Positions 51,285 through 64,000 of a stretch of DNA of 64,000 nucleotides are shown here, piece by piece. The translations under genes and the position numbers were made by a program. The notes beneath the pieces were generated by a model. The model saw nothing but the letters and a program-made list of their open reading frames with translations, ran no database searches and had not been told where the DNA came from. Each line of letters starts with the position of its first letter. Position 1 is the first letter of the stretch. The DNA comes from Eledone cirrhosa (lineage: Eukaryota). The DNA lies in contig OZ024741.1 in the NCBI GenBank assembly GCA_964016885.1, positions 25,296,001-25,360,000 on the forward strand, in the 5' to 3' direction.

Positions 51285-54200
51285 GGTGAGAGATGATGAT
51301 AGCGATGACTGATGATGATGGTGATGACAATGAGAATGATAGTGATGACTGATGGTGATGACAATGAGAATGATAGCGATGATGGTGATGGTGATGACAA
51401 TGAGAATGATAGCGATGACTGATGGTGATGACAATGAGAATGATGATGATGGTGATGGTGATGACAATGAGAATGATAGCGATGACTGATGGTGATGACA
51501 ATGAGAATGATAGCGATGATGATGGTGATGGTGATGACAATGAGAATGATAGCGATGACTGATGGTGATGACAATGAGAATGATAGCGATGACTGATGAT
51601 GATGGTGATGACAATGAGAATGATAGCGATGATGATGGTGATGACAATGAGAATGATAGTGATGACTGATGATGATGGTGATGACAATGAGAATGATAGC
51701 GATGACTGATGATGATGGTGATGACAATGAGAATGATAGCGATGACTGATGATGGTGATGACAATGAGAATGATAACGATGATGATGGTGATGACAATAA
51801 GAATGATAGCGATCATGATGGTGATGACAATGGGAATGATAGCGATGACTGATGATGATGGTGATGACAATGAGAATGATAGCGATGATGATGATGATGG
51901 TGATGACAATGAGAATGATAGCAATGATGATGGTGATGACAATAAGAATGATAGCGATGATGATGGTGATGACAATGGGAATGATAGCGATGATGATGGT
52001 GATGACAATGAGAATGATAGCGATGACTGATGATGATGGTGATGACAATGAGAATGATAGCGATGATGATGATGACAATGAGAATGATAGCGATGACTGA
52101 TGGTGATGACAATGAGAATGATAGCAATGACTGATGATGATGGTGATGACAATGAGAATGATAGCGATGACTGATGATGATGGTGATGACAATGAGAATG
52201 ATAGCGATGATGATGATGACAATGAGAATGATAGCGATGACTGATGGTGATGACAATGAGAATGATAGTGATGACTGATGATGATGGTGATGACAATGAG
52301 AATGATAGCGATGACTGATGATGATGGTGATGACAATGAGAATGATAGCGATGACTGATGATGATGGTGATGACAATGAGAATGAAAGCGATGACTGATG
52401 GTGATGACAATGAGAATGATAGCAATGACTGATGGTGATGACAATGAGAATGATAGTGATGACTGATGATGATGGTGATGACAATGAGAATGATAGCGAT
52501 GACTGATGATGATGGTGATGACAATGAGAATGATAGCGATGATGATGGTGATGGTGATGACAATGAGAATGATAGTGATGACTGATGATGATGGTGATGA
52601 CAATGAGAATGATAGCGATGACTGATGATGATGGTGATGACAATGAGAATGATAGCGATAACTGATGATGATGGTGATGACAATGAGAATGATAGCGATG
52701 ATGATGGTGATGACAATGAGAATGATAGTGATGACTGATGATGATGGTGATGACAATGAGAATGATAGCTATGACTGATGATGATGACAATGAGAATGAT
52801 AGCGATGATGATGGTGATGGTGATGACAATGAGAATGATAGCGATGACTGATGATGATGGTGATGACAATGAGAATGATAGCGATGATGATGGTGATGAC
52901 AATAAGAATGATAGCGATGATGATGGTGATGACAATGAGAATGATAGCGATGATGATGATGACAATGAGAATGATAGCGATGACTGTTGGTGATGACAAT
53001 GAGAATGATAGCGATGATGATGGTGATGACAATAAGAATGATAGCGATGATGATGGTGATGACAATGAGAATGATAGCGATGATGATGGTGATGACAATG
53101 AGAATGATAGCGATGACTGATGACAATGAGAATGATAGCGATGACTGATGGTGATGACAATGAGAATGATGGTGATGACATGAGAATGATAGCGATGACT
53201 GATGATGATGGTGATGACAATGAGAATGATAGCGATGACTGATGGTGATGACAATGAGAATGATAGCGATGATGATGGTGATGACAATGAGAATGATAGT
53301 GATGACTGATGATGATGGTGATGACAATGAGAATGATAACGATGACTGATGATGATGGTGATGACAATGAAAATGATAGTGATGACTGATGATGATGGTG
53401 ATGACAATGAGAATGATAACGATGACTGATGATGATGGTGATGACAATGAGAATGATAGCGATGACTGATGATGATGGTGATGACAATGAGAATGATAGT
53501 GATGACTGATGATGATGACAATGAGAATGATAGCGATGACTGATGATGATGGTGATGACAATGAGAATGATAGCGATGACTGATGATGATAACAATGAGA
53601 ATGATAGCGATGACTGATGATGATGGTGGTGACAATGAGAATGATGACTGATGATGATGGTGATGACAATGAGAATGATAACGATGACTGATGATGATGG
53701 TGATGACAATGAAAATGATAGTGATGACTGATGATGATGACAATGAGAATGATAGCGATGACTGATGATTATGGTGATGACAATGAGAATGATAGTGATG
53801 ACTGATGATGATGGTGATGACAATGAGAATGATAACGATGACTGATGATGATGGTGATGACAATGAAAATGATAGTGATGACTGATGATGATGACAATGA
53901 GAATGATAGCGATGACTGATGATGATGGTGATGACAATGAGAATGATAGCGATGACTGATGATGATGACAATGAGAATGATAGCGATGACTGATGGTGAT
54001 GACAATGAGAATGATAGCTATGACTGATGATGATGACAATGAGAATGATAGCGATGATGATGGTGATGGTGATGACAATGAGAATGATAGCGATGACTGA
54101 TGATGATGGTGATGACAATGAGAATGATAGCGATGATGATGGTGATGACAAAGAGAATGATAGCGATGACTGATGACAATGAGAATGATAGCGATGACTG

Positions 54201-57200
54201 ATGGCGATGACAATGAGAATGATAGCGATGACTGATGGTGATGACATGAGAATGATAGCGATGACTGATGATGATGGTGATGACAATGAGAATGATAGCG
54301 ATGACTGATGTTGATGACAATGAGAATGATAGCGATGATGATGGTGATGACAATAAGAATGATAGCGATGATGATGGTGATGACAATGAGAATGATAGCG
54401 ATGATGATGGTGATGACAATGAGAATGATAGCGATGATGATGGTGATGACAATGAGAATGATAGCGATGATGATGGTGATGACAATGAGAATGATAGTGA
54501 TGACTGATGATGATGGTGATGACAATGAGAATGATAACGATGACTGATGATGATGGTGATGACAATGAGAATGATAGTGATGACTGATGATGATGACAAT
54601 GAGAATGATAGCGATGATGATGGTGATGACAATGAGAATGATAGCGATGACTGATGATTATGGTGATGACAATGAGAATGATAGCGATGACTGATGGTGA
54701 TGACAATGAGAATGATAGCGATGACTGATGATGATGACAATGAGAATGATAGCGATGACTGATGGTGATGACAATGAGAATGATAGCTATGACTGATGAT
54801 GATGACAATGAGAATGATAGCGATGATGATGGTGATGACAATGAGAATGATAGCGATGACTGATGATGATGGTGATGACAATGAGAATGATAGCGATGAT
54901 GATGGTGATGACAATAAGAATGATAGCGATGATGATGGTGATGACAATGAGAATGATAGCGATGACTGATGGTGATGACAATGAGAATGATAGCGATGAT
55001 GATGGTGATGACAATAAGAATGATAGCGATGATGATGGTGATGACAATGAGAATGATAGCGATGATGATGGTGATGACAATGAGAATGATAGCGATGACT
55101 GATGACAATGAGAATGATAGCGATGACTGATGGTGATGACAATGAGAATGATGGTGATGACATGAGAATGATAGCGATGACTGATGTTGATGGTGATGAC
55201 AATGAGAATGATAGCGATGACTGATGATGATGACAATGAGAATGATAGCGATGACTGATGGTGATGACAATGAGAATGATAGCTATGACTGATGGTGATG
55301 ACAATGAGAATGATAGCGATGATGATGGTGATGACAATGAGAATGATAGCGATGACTGATGGTGATGACAATGAGAATGATAGCGATGATGATGGTGATG
55401 ACAATAAGAATGATAGCGATGATGATGGTGATGACAATAAGAATGATAGCGATGATGATGATGATGACAATGAGAATGATAGCGATGATGATGGTGATGA
55501 CAATGAGAATGATAGCGATGACTGATGACAATGAGAATGATAGCGATGACTGATGGTGATGACAATGAGAATGATGGTGATGACATGAGAATGATAGCGA
55601 TGACTGATGTTGATGGTGATGACAATGAGAATGATAGCGATGACTGATGATGATGACAATGAGAATGATAGCGATGACTGATGGTGATGACAATGAGAAT
55701 GATAGCTATGACTGATGATGATGACAATGAGAATGATAGCGATGATGATGGTGATGACAATGAGAATGATAGCGATGACTGATGATGATGGTGATGACAA
55801 TGAGAATGATAGCGATGATGATGGTGATGACAATAAGAATGATAGCGATGATGATGGTGATGACAATGAGAATGATAGCGATGACTGATGGTGATGACAA
55901 TGAGAATGATAGCGATGATGATGGTGATGACAATAAGAATGATAGCGATGATGATGGTGATGACAATGAGAATGATAGCGATGATGATGGTGATGACAAT
56001 GAGAATGATAGCGATGACTGATGACAATGAGAATGATAGCGATGACTGATGGTGATGACAATGAGAATGATGGTGATGACATGAGAATGATAGCGATGAC
56101 TGATGTTGATGGTGATGACAATGAGAATGATAGCGATGACTGATGGTGATGACAATGAGAATGATAGCGATGATGATGGTGATGACAATGAGAATGATAG
56201 TGATGACTGATGATGGTGATGACAATGAGAATGATAACGATGACTGATGATGATGACAATGAGAATGATAGTGATGACTGATGATGATGACAATGAGAAT
56301 GATAGCGATGATGATGGTGATGACAATGAGAATGATAGCGATGACTGATGATTATGGTGATGACAATGAGAATGATAGCGATGACTGATGGTGATGACAA
56401 TGAGAATGATAGTGATGACTGATGATGATGGTGATGACAATGAGAATGATAGCGATGACTGATGATGATGACAATGAGAATGATAGCGATGACTGATGGT
56501 GATGACAATGAGAATGATAGCTATGACTGATGATGATGACAATGAGAATGATAGCGATGATGATGGTGATGGTGATGACAATGAGAATGATAGCGATGAC
56601 TGATGCTGATGGTGATGACAATGAGAATGATAGCGATGATGATGGTGATGACAATAAGAATGATAGCGATGATGATGGTGATGACAATGATAGCGATGAT
56701 GATGGTGATGACAATGAGAATGATAGCGATGACTGATGGTGATGACAATGAGAATGATAGCGATGATGATGGTGATGACAATAAGAATGATAGCGATGAT
56801 GATGGTGATGACAATGAGAATGATAGCGATGATGATGGTGATGACAATGAGAATGATAGCGATGACTGATGACAATGAGAATGATAGCGATGACTGATGG
56901 TGATGACAATGAGAATGATAGCGATGACTGATGGTGATGACATGAGAATGATAGCGATGATGATGGTGATGACAATGAGAATGATAGCGATGATGATGGT
57001 GATGACAATGAGAATGATAGTGATGACTGATGATGATGGTGATGACAATGAGAATGATAGTGATGACTGATGATGATGACAATGAGAATGATAGTGATGA
57101 CTGATGATGATGACAATGAGAATGATAGCGATGATGATGGTGATGACAATGAGAATGATAGCGATGACTGATGATCATGGTGATGACAATGAGAATGATA

Positions 57201-60200
57201 GCGATGACTGATGGTGATGACAATGAGAATGATAGTGATGACTGATGATGATGGTGATGACAATGAGAATGATAGCGATGACTGATGATGATGGTGATGA
57301 CAATGAGAATGATAGCAATGACTGATGGTGATGACAATGAGAATGATAGTGATGACTGATGGTGATGATAATGAGAATGATAGCGATGACTGATGATGAT
57401 GGTGATGACAATGAGAATGATAGCGATGACTGATGATGATGGTGATCACAATGAGAATGATAGCGATGATGATGGTGATGGTGATGACAATGAGAATGAT
57501 AGTGATGACTGATGATGATGGTGATGACAATGAGATTGATAGCGATGACTGATGATGATGACAATGAGAATGATAGCGATGATGATGGTGATGGTGATGA
57601 CAATGAGAATGATAGCGATGATGATGGTGATGACAATGAGAATGATAGCGATGATGATGGTGATGACAATGAGAATGATAGCGATGACTGATGGTGATGA
57701 CAATGAGAATGATGGCGATGATGATGGTGATGACAAGAATGATAGCGATGATGATGGTGATGACAATGAGAATGATAGCGATGATGATGGTGATGGTGAT
57801 GACAATGAGAATGATAGCGATGACTGATGGTGATGGTGATGACAATGAGAATGATAGCAATGATGATGGTGATGGTGATGACAATGAGAATGATAGCGAT
57901 GACTGATGGTGATGACAATGAGAATGATAGCGATGATGATGGTGATGATAGCGATGACAATGAGAATGATAGCGATGACTGATGGTGATGACATGAGAAT
58001 GATAGCGATGACTGATGATGATGGTGATGACAATGAGAATGATAGCGATGATGAAGGTGATGACAATGAGAATGATAGCGATGACTGATGATGATGGTGA
58101 TGACAATGAGAATGATAACGATGACTGATGATGATGGTGATGACAATGAGAATGATAGTGATGACTGACGATGATGACAATGAGAATGATAGCGATGACT
58201 GATGGTGATGACAATGAGAATGATAGCTATGACTGATGATGATGACAATGAGAATGATAGCGATGATGATGGTGATGGTGATGACAATGAGAATGATAGC
58301 GATGACTGATGATGATGGTGATGACAATGAGAATGATAGCGATGATGACGGTGATGACAATGAGAATGATAGTGATGACTGATGATGATGGTGATGACAA
58401 TGAGAATGATAGCAATGATGATGGTGATGACAATGAGAATGATAGCGATGATGATGGTGATGACAATGATAGCGATGACTGATGGTGATGACAATGAGAA
58501 CGATAGCGATGATGATGACAATAAGAATGATAGCGATGATGATGGTGATGACAATGAGAATGATAGCGATGACTTATGGTGATGACATGAGAATGATAGC
58601 TATGACTGATGATGATGTCAATGAGAATGATAGCGATGATGATGGTGATGGTGATGACAATGAGAATGATAGCGATGACTGATGATGATGGTGATGACAA
58701 TGAGAATGATAACGATGACTGATGATGATGGTGATGACAATGAGAATGATAGTGATGACTGATGATGATGACAATGAGAATGATAGCGATGACTGATGGT
58801 GATGACAATGAGAATGATAGCGATGACTGATGGTGATGACATGAGAATGATAGCGATGACTGATGATGATGGTGATGACAATGAGAATGATAGCGATGAC
58901 TGATGGTGATGACAATGAGAATGATAGCGATGATGATGGTGATGACAATGAGAATGATAGTGATGACTGATGATGATGGTGATGACAATGAGAATGATAA
59001 CGATGACTGATGATGATGGTGATGACAATGAGAATGATAGTGATGACTGATGATGATGACAATGAGAATGATAGCGATGATGATGGTGATGACAATGAGA
59101 ATGATAGCGATGACTGATGATTATGGTGATGACAATGAGAATGATAGCGATGACTGATGGTGATGACAATGAGAATGATAGTGATGACTGATGGTGATGA
59201 CAATGAGACTGATGGCGATGATGATGGTGATGACAAGAATGATAGCGATGATGATGGTGATGACAATGAGAATGATAGTGATGACTGATGATGATGGTGA
59301 TGACAATGAGAATGATAGCGATGACTGATGATGACAATGAGAATGATAGCAATGACTGATGGTGATGACAATGACAATGATAGTGATGACTGATGGTGAT
59401 GACAATGAGAATGATAGCGATGACTGATGATGATGTTGATGACAATTAGAATGATAGCGATGACTGATGATGATGGTGATGACAATGAGATTGATAGCGA
59501 TGACTGATGATGATGACAATGAGAATGATAGCGATGATGATGGTGATGGTGATGACAATGAGAATGATAGCGATGATGATGGTGATGACAATGAGAATGA
59601 TAGCGATGACTGATGGTGATGACAATGAGACTGATGGCGATGATGATGATGATGGTGATGACAATGAGAATGATAGTGATGACTGATGATGATGGTGATG
59701 ACAATGAGAATGATAGCGATGGTGATGGTGATGACAATGAGAATGATAGCGATGACTGATGGTGATGACAATGAGAATGATAGCGATGATGATGGTGATG
59801 ACAATGAGAATGATAGCGATGACTGATGGTGATGATAGCGATGACTGATGGTGATGACAATGAGAATGATAGCGATGACTGATGGTGATGACATGAGAAT
59901 GATAGCGATGACTGATGATGATGGTGATGACAATGAGAATGATAGCGATGATGAAGGTGATGACAATGAGAATGATAGTGATGACTGATGATGATGGTGA
60001 TGACAATGAGAATGATAACGATGACTGATGATGATGGTGATGACAATGAGAATGATAGTGATGACTGATGGTGATGATAGCGATGACTGATGGTGATGAC
60101 AATGAGAATGATAGTGATGACTGATGATGATGGTGATGACAATGAGAATGATAGCGATGACTGATGATGACAATGAGAATGATAGCAATGACTGATGGTG

Positions 60201-61320
60201 ATGACAATGGCAATGATAGTGATGACTGATGGTGATGACAATGAGAATGATAGCGATGACTGATGATGATGGTGATGACAATGAGAATGATAGCGATGAC
60301 TGATGATGATGGTGATCACAATGAGAATGATAGCGATGATGATGGTGATGGTGATGACAATGAGAATGATAGTGATGACTGATGATGATGGTGATGACAA
60401 TGAGATTGATAGCGATGACTGATGATGATGACAATGAGAATGATAGCGATGATGATGGTGATGACAATGAGAATGATAGCGATGATGATGGTGATGACAA
60501 TGAGAATGATAGCGATGACTGATGGTGATGACAATGAGACTGATGGCGATGATGATGATGATGGTGATGACAATGAGAATGATAGTGATGACTGATGATG
60601 ATGGTGATGACAATGAGAATGATAGCAATGATGATGGTGATGGTGATGACAATGAGAATGATAGCGATGACTGATGGTGATGACAATGAGAATGATAGCG
60701 ATGATGATGGTGATGGTGATGACAATGAGAATGATAGCGATGACTGATGGTGATGATAGCGATGACTGATGGTGATGACAATGAGAATGATAGCGATGAC
60801 TGATGATGAAGGTGATGACAATGACAATGATAGTGATGACTGATGATGATGGTGATGACAATGAGAATGATAGTGATGACTGATGATGATGGTGATGACA
60901 ATGAGAATGATAGCGATGACTGATGATTATGGTGATGACAATGAGAATGATAGTGATGACTGATGATGATGGTGATGACAATGAGAATGATAGCGATGAC
61001 TGATGGTGATGACAATGAGAATGATAGTGATGACTGATGATGATGACAATGAGAATGATAGCGATGACTGATGGTGATGACAATGAGAATGATAGTGATG
61101 ACTGATGGTGATGACAATGAGAATGATAGCGATGATGAAGGTGATGACAATGAGAATGATAGCGATGACTGATGATGATGGTGATGACAATGAGAATGAT
61201 AGCGATGATGATGGTGATGACACTAAGAATGAAAGTGATAATGGTGATGATGATAATAGTGATGACAATAATTATTTTGTTTATAACAATGACAATGAGA
61301 ATAATGATGATGGTAGTGGT
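51285..61320. repeat. Satellite 3: GATGACAATGAGAATGATAGC(GAT)n(GACT)(GAT)nGGT, ~28-40-bp units, about 10 kb, inside NDUFS1 intron B-C
   Basis: Continuous array built on GAT triplets with a constant GACAATGAGAATGATAG core. It degenerates at 61220-61320. Confidence 0.99.
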
Positions 61321-61349
61321 GTAGATGGTATCATTGAAAAGTTACTCAC

Positions 61350-61416
61350 CTTATATTCATAGGTAAGGTCAACAGGACTTCCTACCATAGCAACCTGAAG
61401 GTCATTGTGTACCCAG
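61350..61416 (-). CDS. NDUFS1: NDUFS1 coding exon B (67 nt)
   Basis: Acceptor TTACAG, then (S)WVHNDLQVAMVGSPVDLTYEYK, then GTGAG donor. The first base completes the Ser codon AG|C from exon A. Confidence 0.95.
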
Positions 61417-61937
61417 CTGTAATAATAACAACATTGGCTTTTACTGCTAATTATACACATAGCCTTGCAAACACACACACATACAGGCATATACATACAT
61501 ACATACTTATTCATATGTACATACACATATCCCAATAAACATACACACACAAGTTTATCCAGATTTGTTCTTACACGTCCCTGTAATTATACAAAATATT
61601 TATTTAGGCATGTGTATGCAAATATATACAAACATATATACTTAATTAGATCATTGTCATTTTAACATCTGCTTTCCCTGCTAGCGAGGGTTGGACGGGT
61701 CTATATTGACTAAGTCAGAACTGAAGCGGAGCCACTGATCTCCCAACTTGCCTAACCCATACTAGCATGGAAAAATGCACGTTAAATGGTGATGATGATA
61801 TATATCCGTATGTGGTTGATGGCTGAGGTAGAGTTTAAATATTCATTTTATTAAGGCTAAATAGTGAATCTTGTTACTCTGGAGTTTCTCCTGTGTATCA
61901 CAGCCTTAATAAAATGACTATATGTATATATATATAT

Positions 61938-63176
61938 ATGGAAGCATGGCCTAGAATCAAAAGGCCTTAAAGTTAACCTGTCTAAGACTAAAGTTCTAGT
62001 ATCTAAAAAGGAAAATTGGGCACAAGTGCCCTCTGGGAAATGGCCATGCTCAGTGTGAAGGAAAGGAGTAGGTAGAAATTCCATTCTATGCCCCAAATGC
62101 AAACTGTGGGTACATAAAAGATGTGGTGGGATCACAGGCAGGCTATCTAAGAATGTAGATTCTATATGTGGCAGATGCTCAGGTGCAGTAAGTAGCAAGT
62201 GCCCACATAATACTAGCTCCTTCTACTGCCCAGATGGTTCTATAGAAATAGTGGACACTTCCCGTTACCTGGGTGACAAAATCAGCAGTGGAGGAGGGTA
62301 CTCTGAAAGTACAGTAGCCAGAGTTAGAACGAGATGGAAAAAGTTCAGAGCTAATACCTCTGTTGGCCACAAAACGTTTCTCTCTAAAAATGAAAGGCAG
62401 ATTGTATGATGCTTGTATACGAACAACAATGTTACAACGCAGTGAGACATGGGCATTATGTGCAGAGGACCTGCGCAGATTGGAAAGGAACAAAGTTTGC
62501 ATGCTCCGTTGGATGTGTAATAGGAATATACACAAACGGCAAAACATAAACGATCAAAGTGAGAAATTAGGAATAAGAGGGATCAGATGCAGTTTACTTG
62601 AGAAGAGATTATGTTGGTATAGTCACATGATGCGAATGAAGGACGACAGCTGTATAAAAAAGTGCAGGCCGATCAAAATTGATGGAAGCTACATAGTAGG
62701 TAGACCCAGAAAAACCTCGGACATGATAAAAACTGACTATTCACACTTATATAAGAAAATGTCACTGGATCGAGACCTGAGGCACAATTCAGTAATACAG
62801 AAGACCTGCATTCCCTTACATACAAACTTAAACTACAGTCAGTAGGCACCTCTTAACCAAATATACACCACACCCCAACTCCATCCTCCCACTTCTACTA
62901 ACACCACCCTTTCTCTGTAAAGTTATGTTGGTGCCACAGAACATCCAGTCCACACTGTAAAGTGGTTGTGTAGGAGACACAGTAAAAAGGCTACCAATCC
63001 ACACTGTAGATATGGTTGGTGTTAGGAAGGGCATCCAGCCATAGAAAATCTGCCAGAAACAGTTCTATACGAGCGAGACACGGTCACCCGACCAATCTTG
63101 CCTCAAGTGGGACAATCCCGTCTAACCCAAGCTAGCAAGGAGATAGATGTTAAATGACAATGATGATGATGATGAT
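61938..63176 (+). mobile_element. RTE-clade LINE copy 3, 5'-truncated, with 3' UTR and (GAT)n tail
   Basis: Starts at WKHGLESKGLK, collinear with copy 1 from 19377. Its 3' UTR matches the reverse complement of 21300-21665. Both ends are flanked by (TA)n. Confidence 0.92.
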
Positions 63177-63189
63177 ATATATATATATA

Positions 63190-63650
63190 CTGCCAATCAT
63201 TATGGTCCTTTGTCATCTTCATCACGAGGTTCAGCTTTTTGAGATCAGTTTTCACCACTTCATCCCATATCTTCCACAGTTCCATTTACTACAAGAACTC
63301 AACTCTTCTTTTTACAACTGACATCTTCCATGCAGCACATCACATATCCAAACCTGTGAAGCTGTCTTCTATATTACAACTGATTCCTCTTATACATAAT
63401 CCTCCTCTCAACTCAACAATACTCCATCATTCATGCAGACTAACATTATACATACATCCAGCAGAGCATGCTTGCCTCATTTCTTTCCTGCTACCCCACA
63501 CTATCTACATTCTAGGTCCAAGTCTCCCCACCATGCAGCAATGCAGTTCATAAACAAGCAACATTTTAAGAAAAAAAAACCTTATGTTTCCAGTGCTTTA
63601 AATGTTTCCCAACCCCATTCTTAACCGGGTTACTATGTTTTCGGTACATC
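63190..63650 (-). mobile_element. Degenerate RTE LINE 3' fragment
   Basis: Reverse strand encodes WDEVVKTDLKKLNLVMKMTKDHNDWQY and an ERNEASMLCWM-like segment. Confidence 0.75.
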
Positions 63651-63924
63651 CTCCTCTACAACTGATGAAATTAACTGAAGATAGGAAAGACTGTTGTGAA
63701 TATCTACAAGTTGGGATTGATATCTACAGAGAGAGAGATTGCAGTTTGAATAGCTTAGTAAGTTGGGATATTGTGTGTGTGTGTGTGTGTGTGTTGGGGG
63801 CAGAACCAGTAAACTCTGAGTATCTGAACATCTGGGTGACTTGAAGACAAGAAAACATACAATGTTAGAACAAAATGATACAAAATAACAAACAAGGAGA
63901 TAAAACCCCAAAGAGATGTCTTAC

Positions 63925-64000
63925 CTTTTCCTTAGTCTTGCATTAAAGAGTGGTGCTTCATAGCGAGGATTGGTACCAATCAAGAGAACAAGGTCTGATT
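63925..64000 (-). CDS. NDUFS1: NDUFS1 coding exon A (partial; continues beyond window end)
   Basis: Reverse strand reads (E)[26 protein letters not shown] then GTAAG donor (phase 2). Matches the NDUFS1/NuoG motif [14 protein letters not shown]. Confidence 0.95.

Noticed and set aside
51201-61268. His/Ser/Ile-rich ORFs up to 1104 aa, suggestive of metal-binding or beak-type proteins
   Set aside because: All three minus frames are open because (ATC)n-type repeats lack stops, and the frames interchange at every 4-bp GACT insert. The region is intronic, and read-through from exon B stops at 61281.
13773-64000. Bacterial nuoG or a NUMT/pseudogene
   Set aside because: Canonical GT-AG introns with consistent phases and an intact spliced frame indicate a functional nuclear gene.

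Overview
This is eukaryotic (metazoan) genomic DNA, not prokaryotic. The repeat content suggests an octopod cephalopod, but that is an inference. The window holds the 3' half of NDUFS1 (complex I 75-kDa Fe-S subunit) on the minus strand: eight GT-AG coding exons (63925-64000 partial, 61350-61416, 49907-49969, 25185-25346, 24112-24265, 20467-20642, 17162-17296, 13773-13916). They splice in frame with no stops, giving about 1 kb of CDS spread over about 50 kb. Introns and the 3' flank are filled by three large microsatellite-derived satellite arrays (about 11 kb AGTAGTGGTACC(AAC)2-3, about 23 kb GGGGTACTGTATAGCTGTA(GTA)1-2, about 10 kb GAT-derived), a 1.8-kb minisatellite, several RTE-clade LINE copies and tRNA-derived SINEs. 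The long low-complexity ORFs in the ORF track are repeat artefacts. Most notable: two young, near-identical RTE LINEs sit in inverted orientation around one NDUFS1 exon (predicted ~1.9-kb dsRNA stem), the arrays begin just downstream of 5' splice sites, the satellites have nested higher-order duplications, and intragenic repeats show CpG-decay footprints. I found no CRISPR, operon or clearly new protein-coding system.
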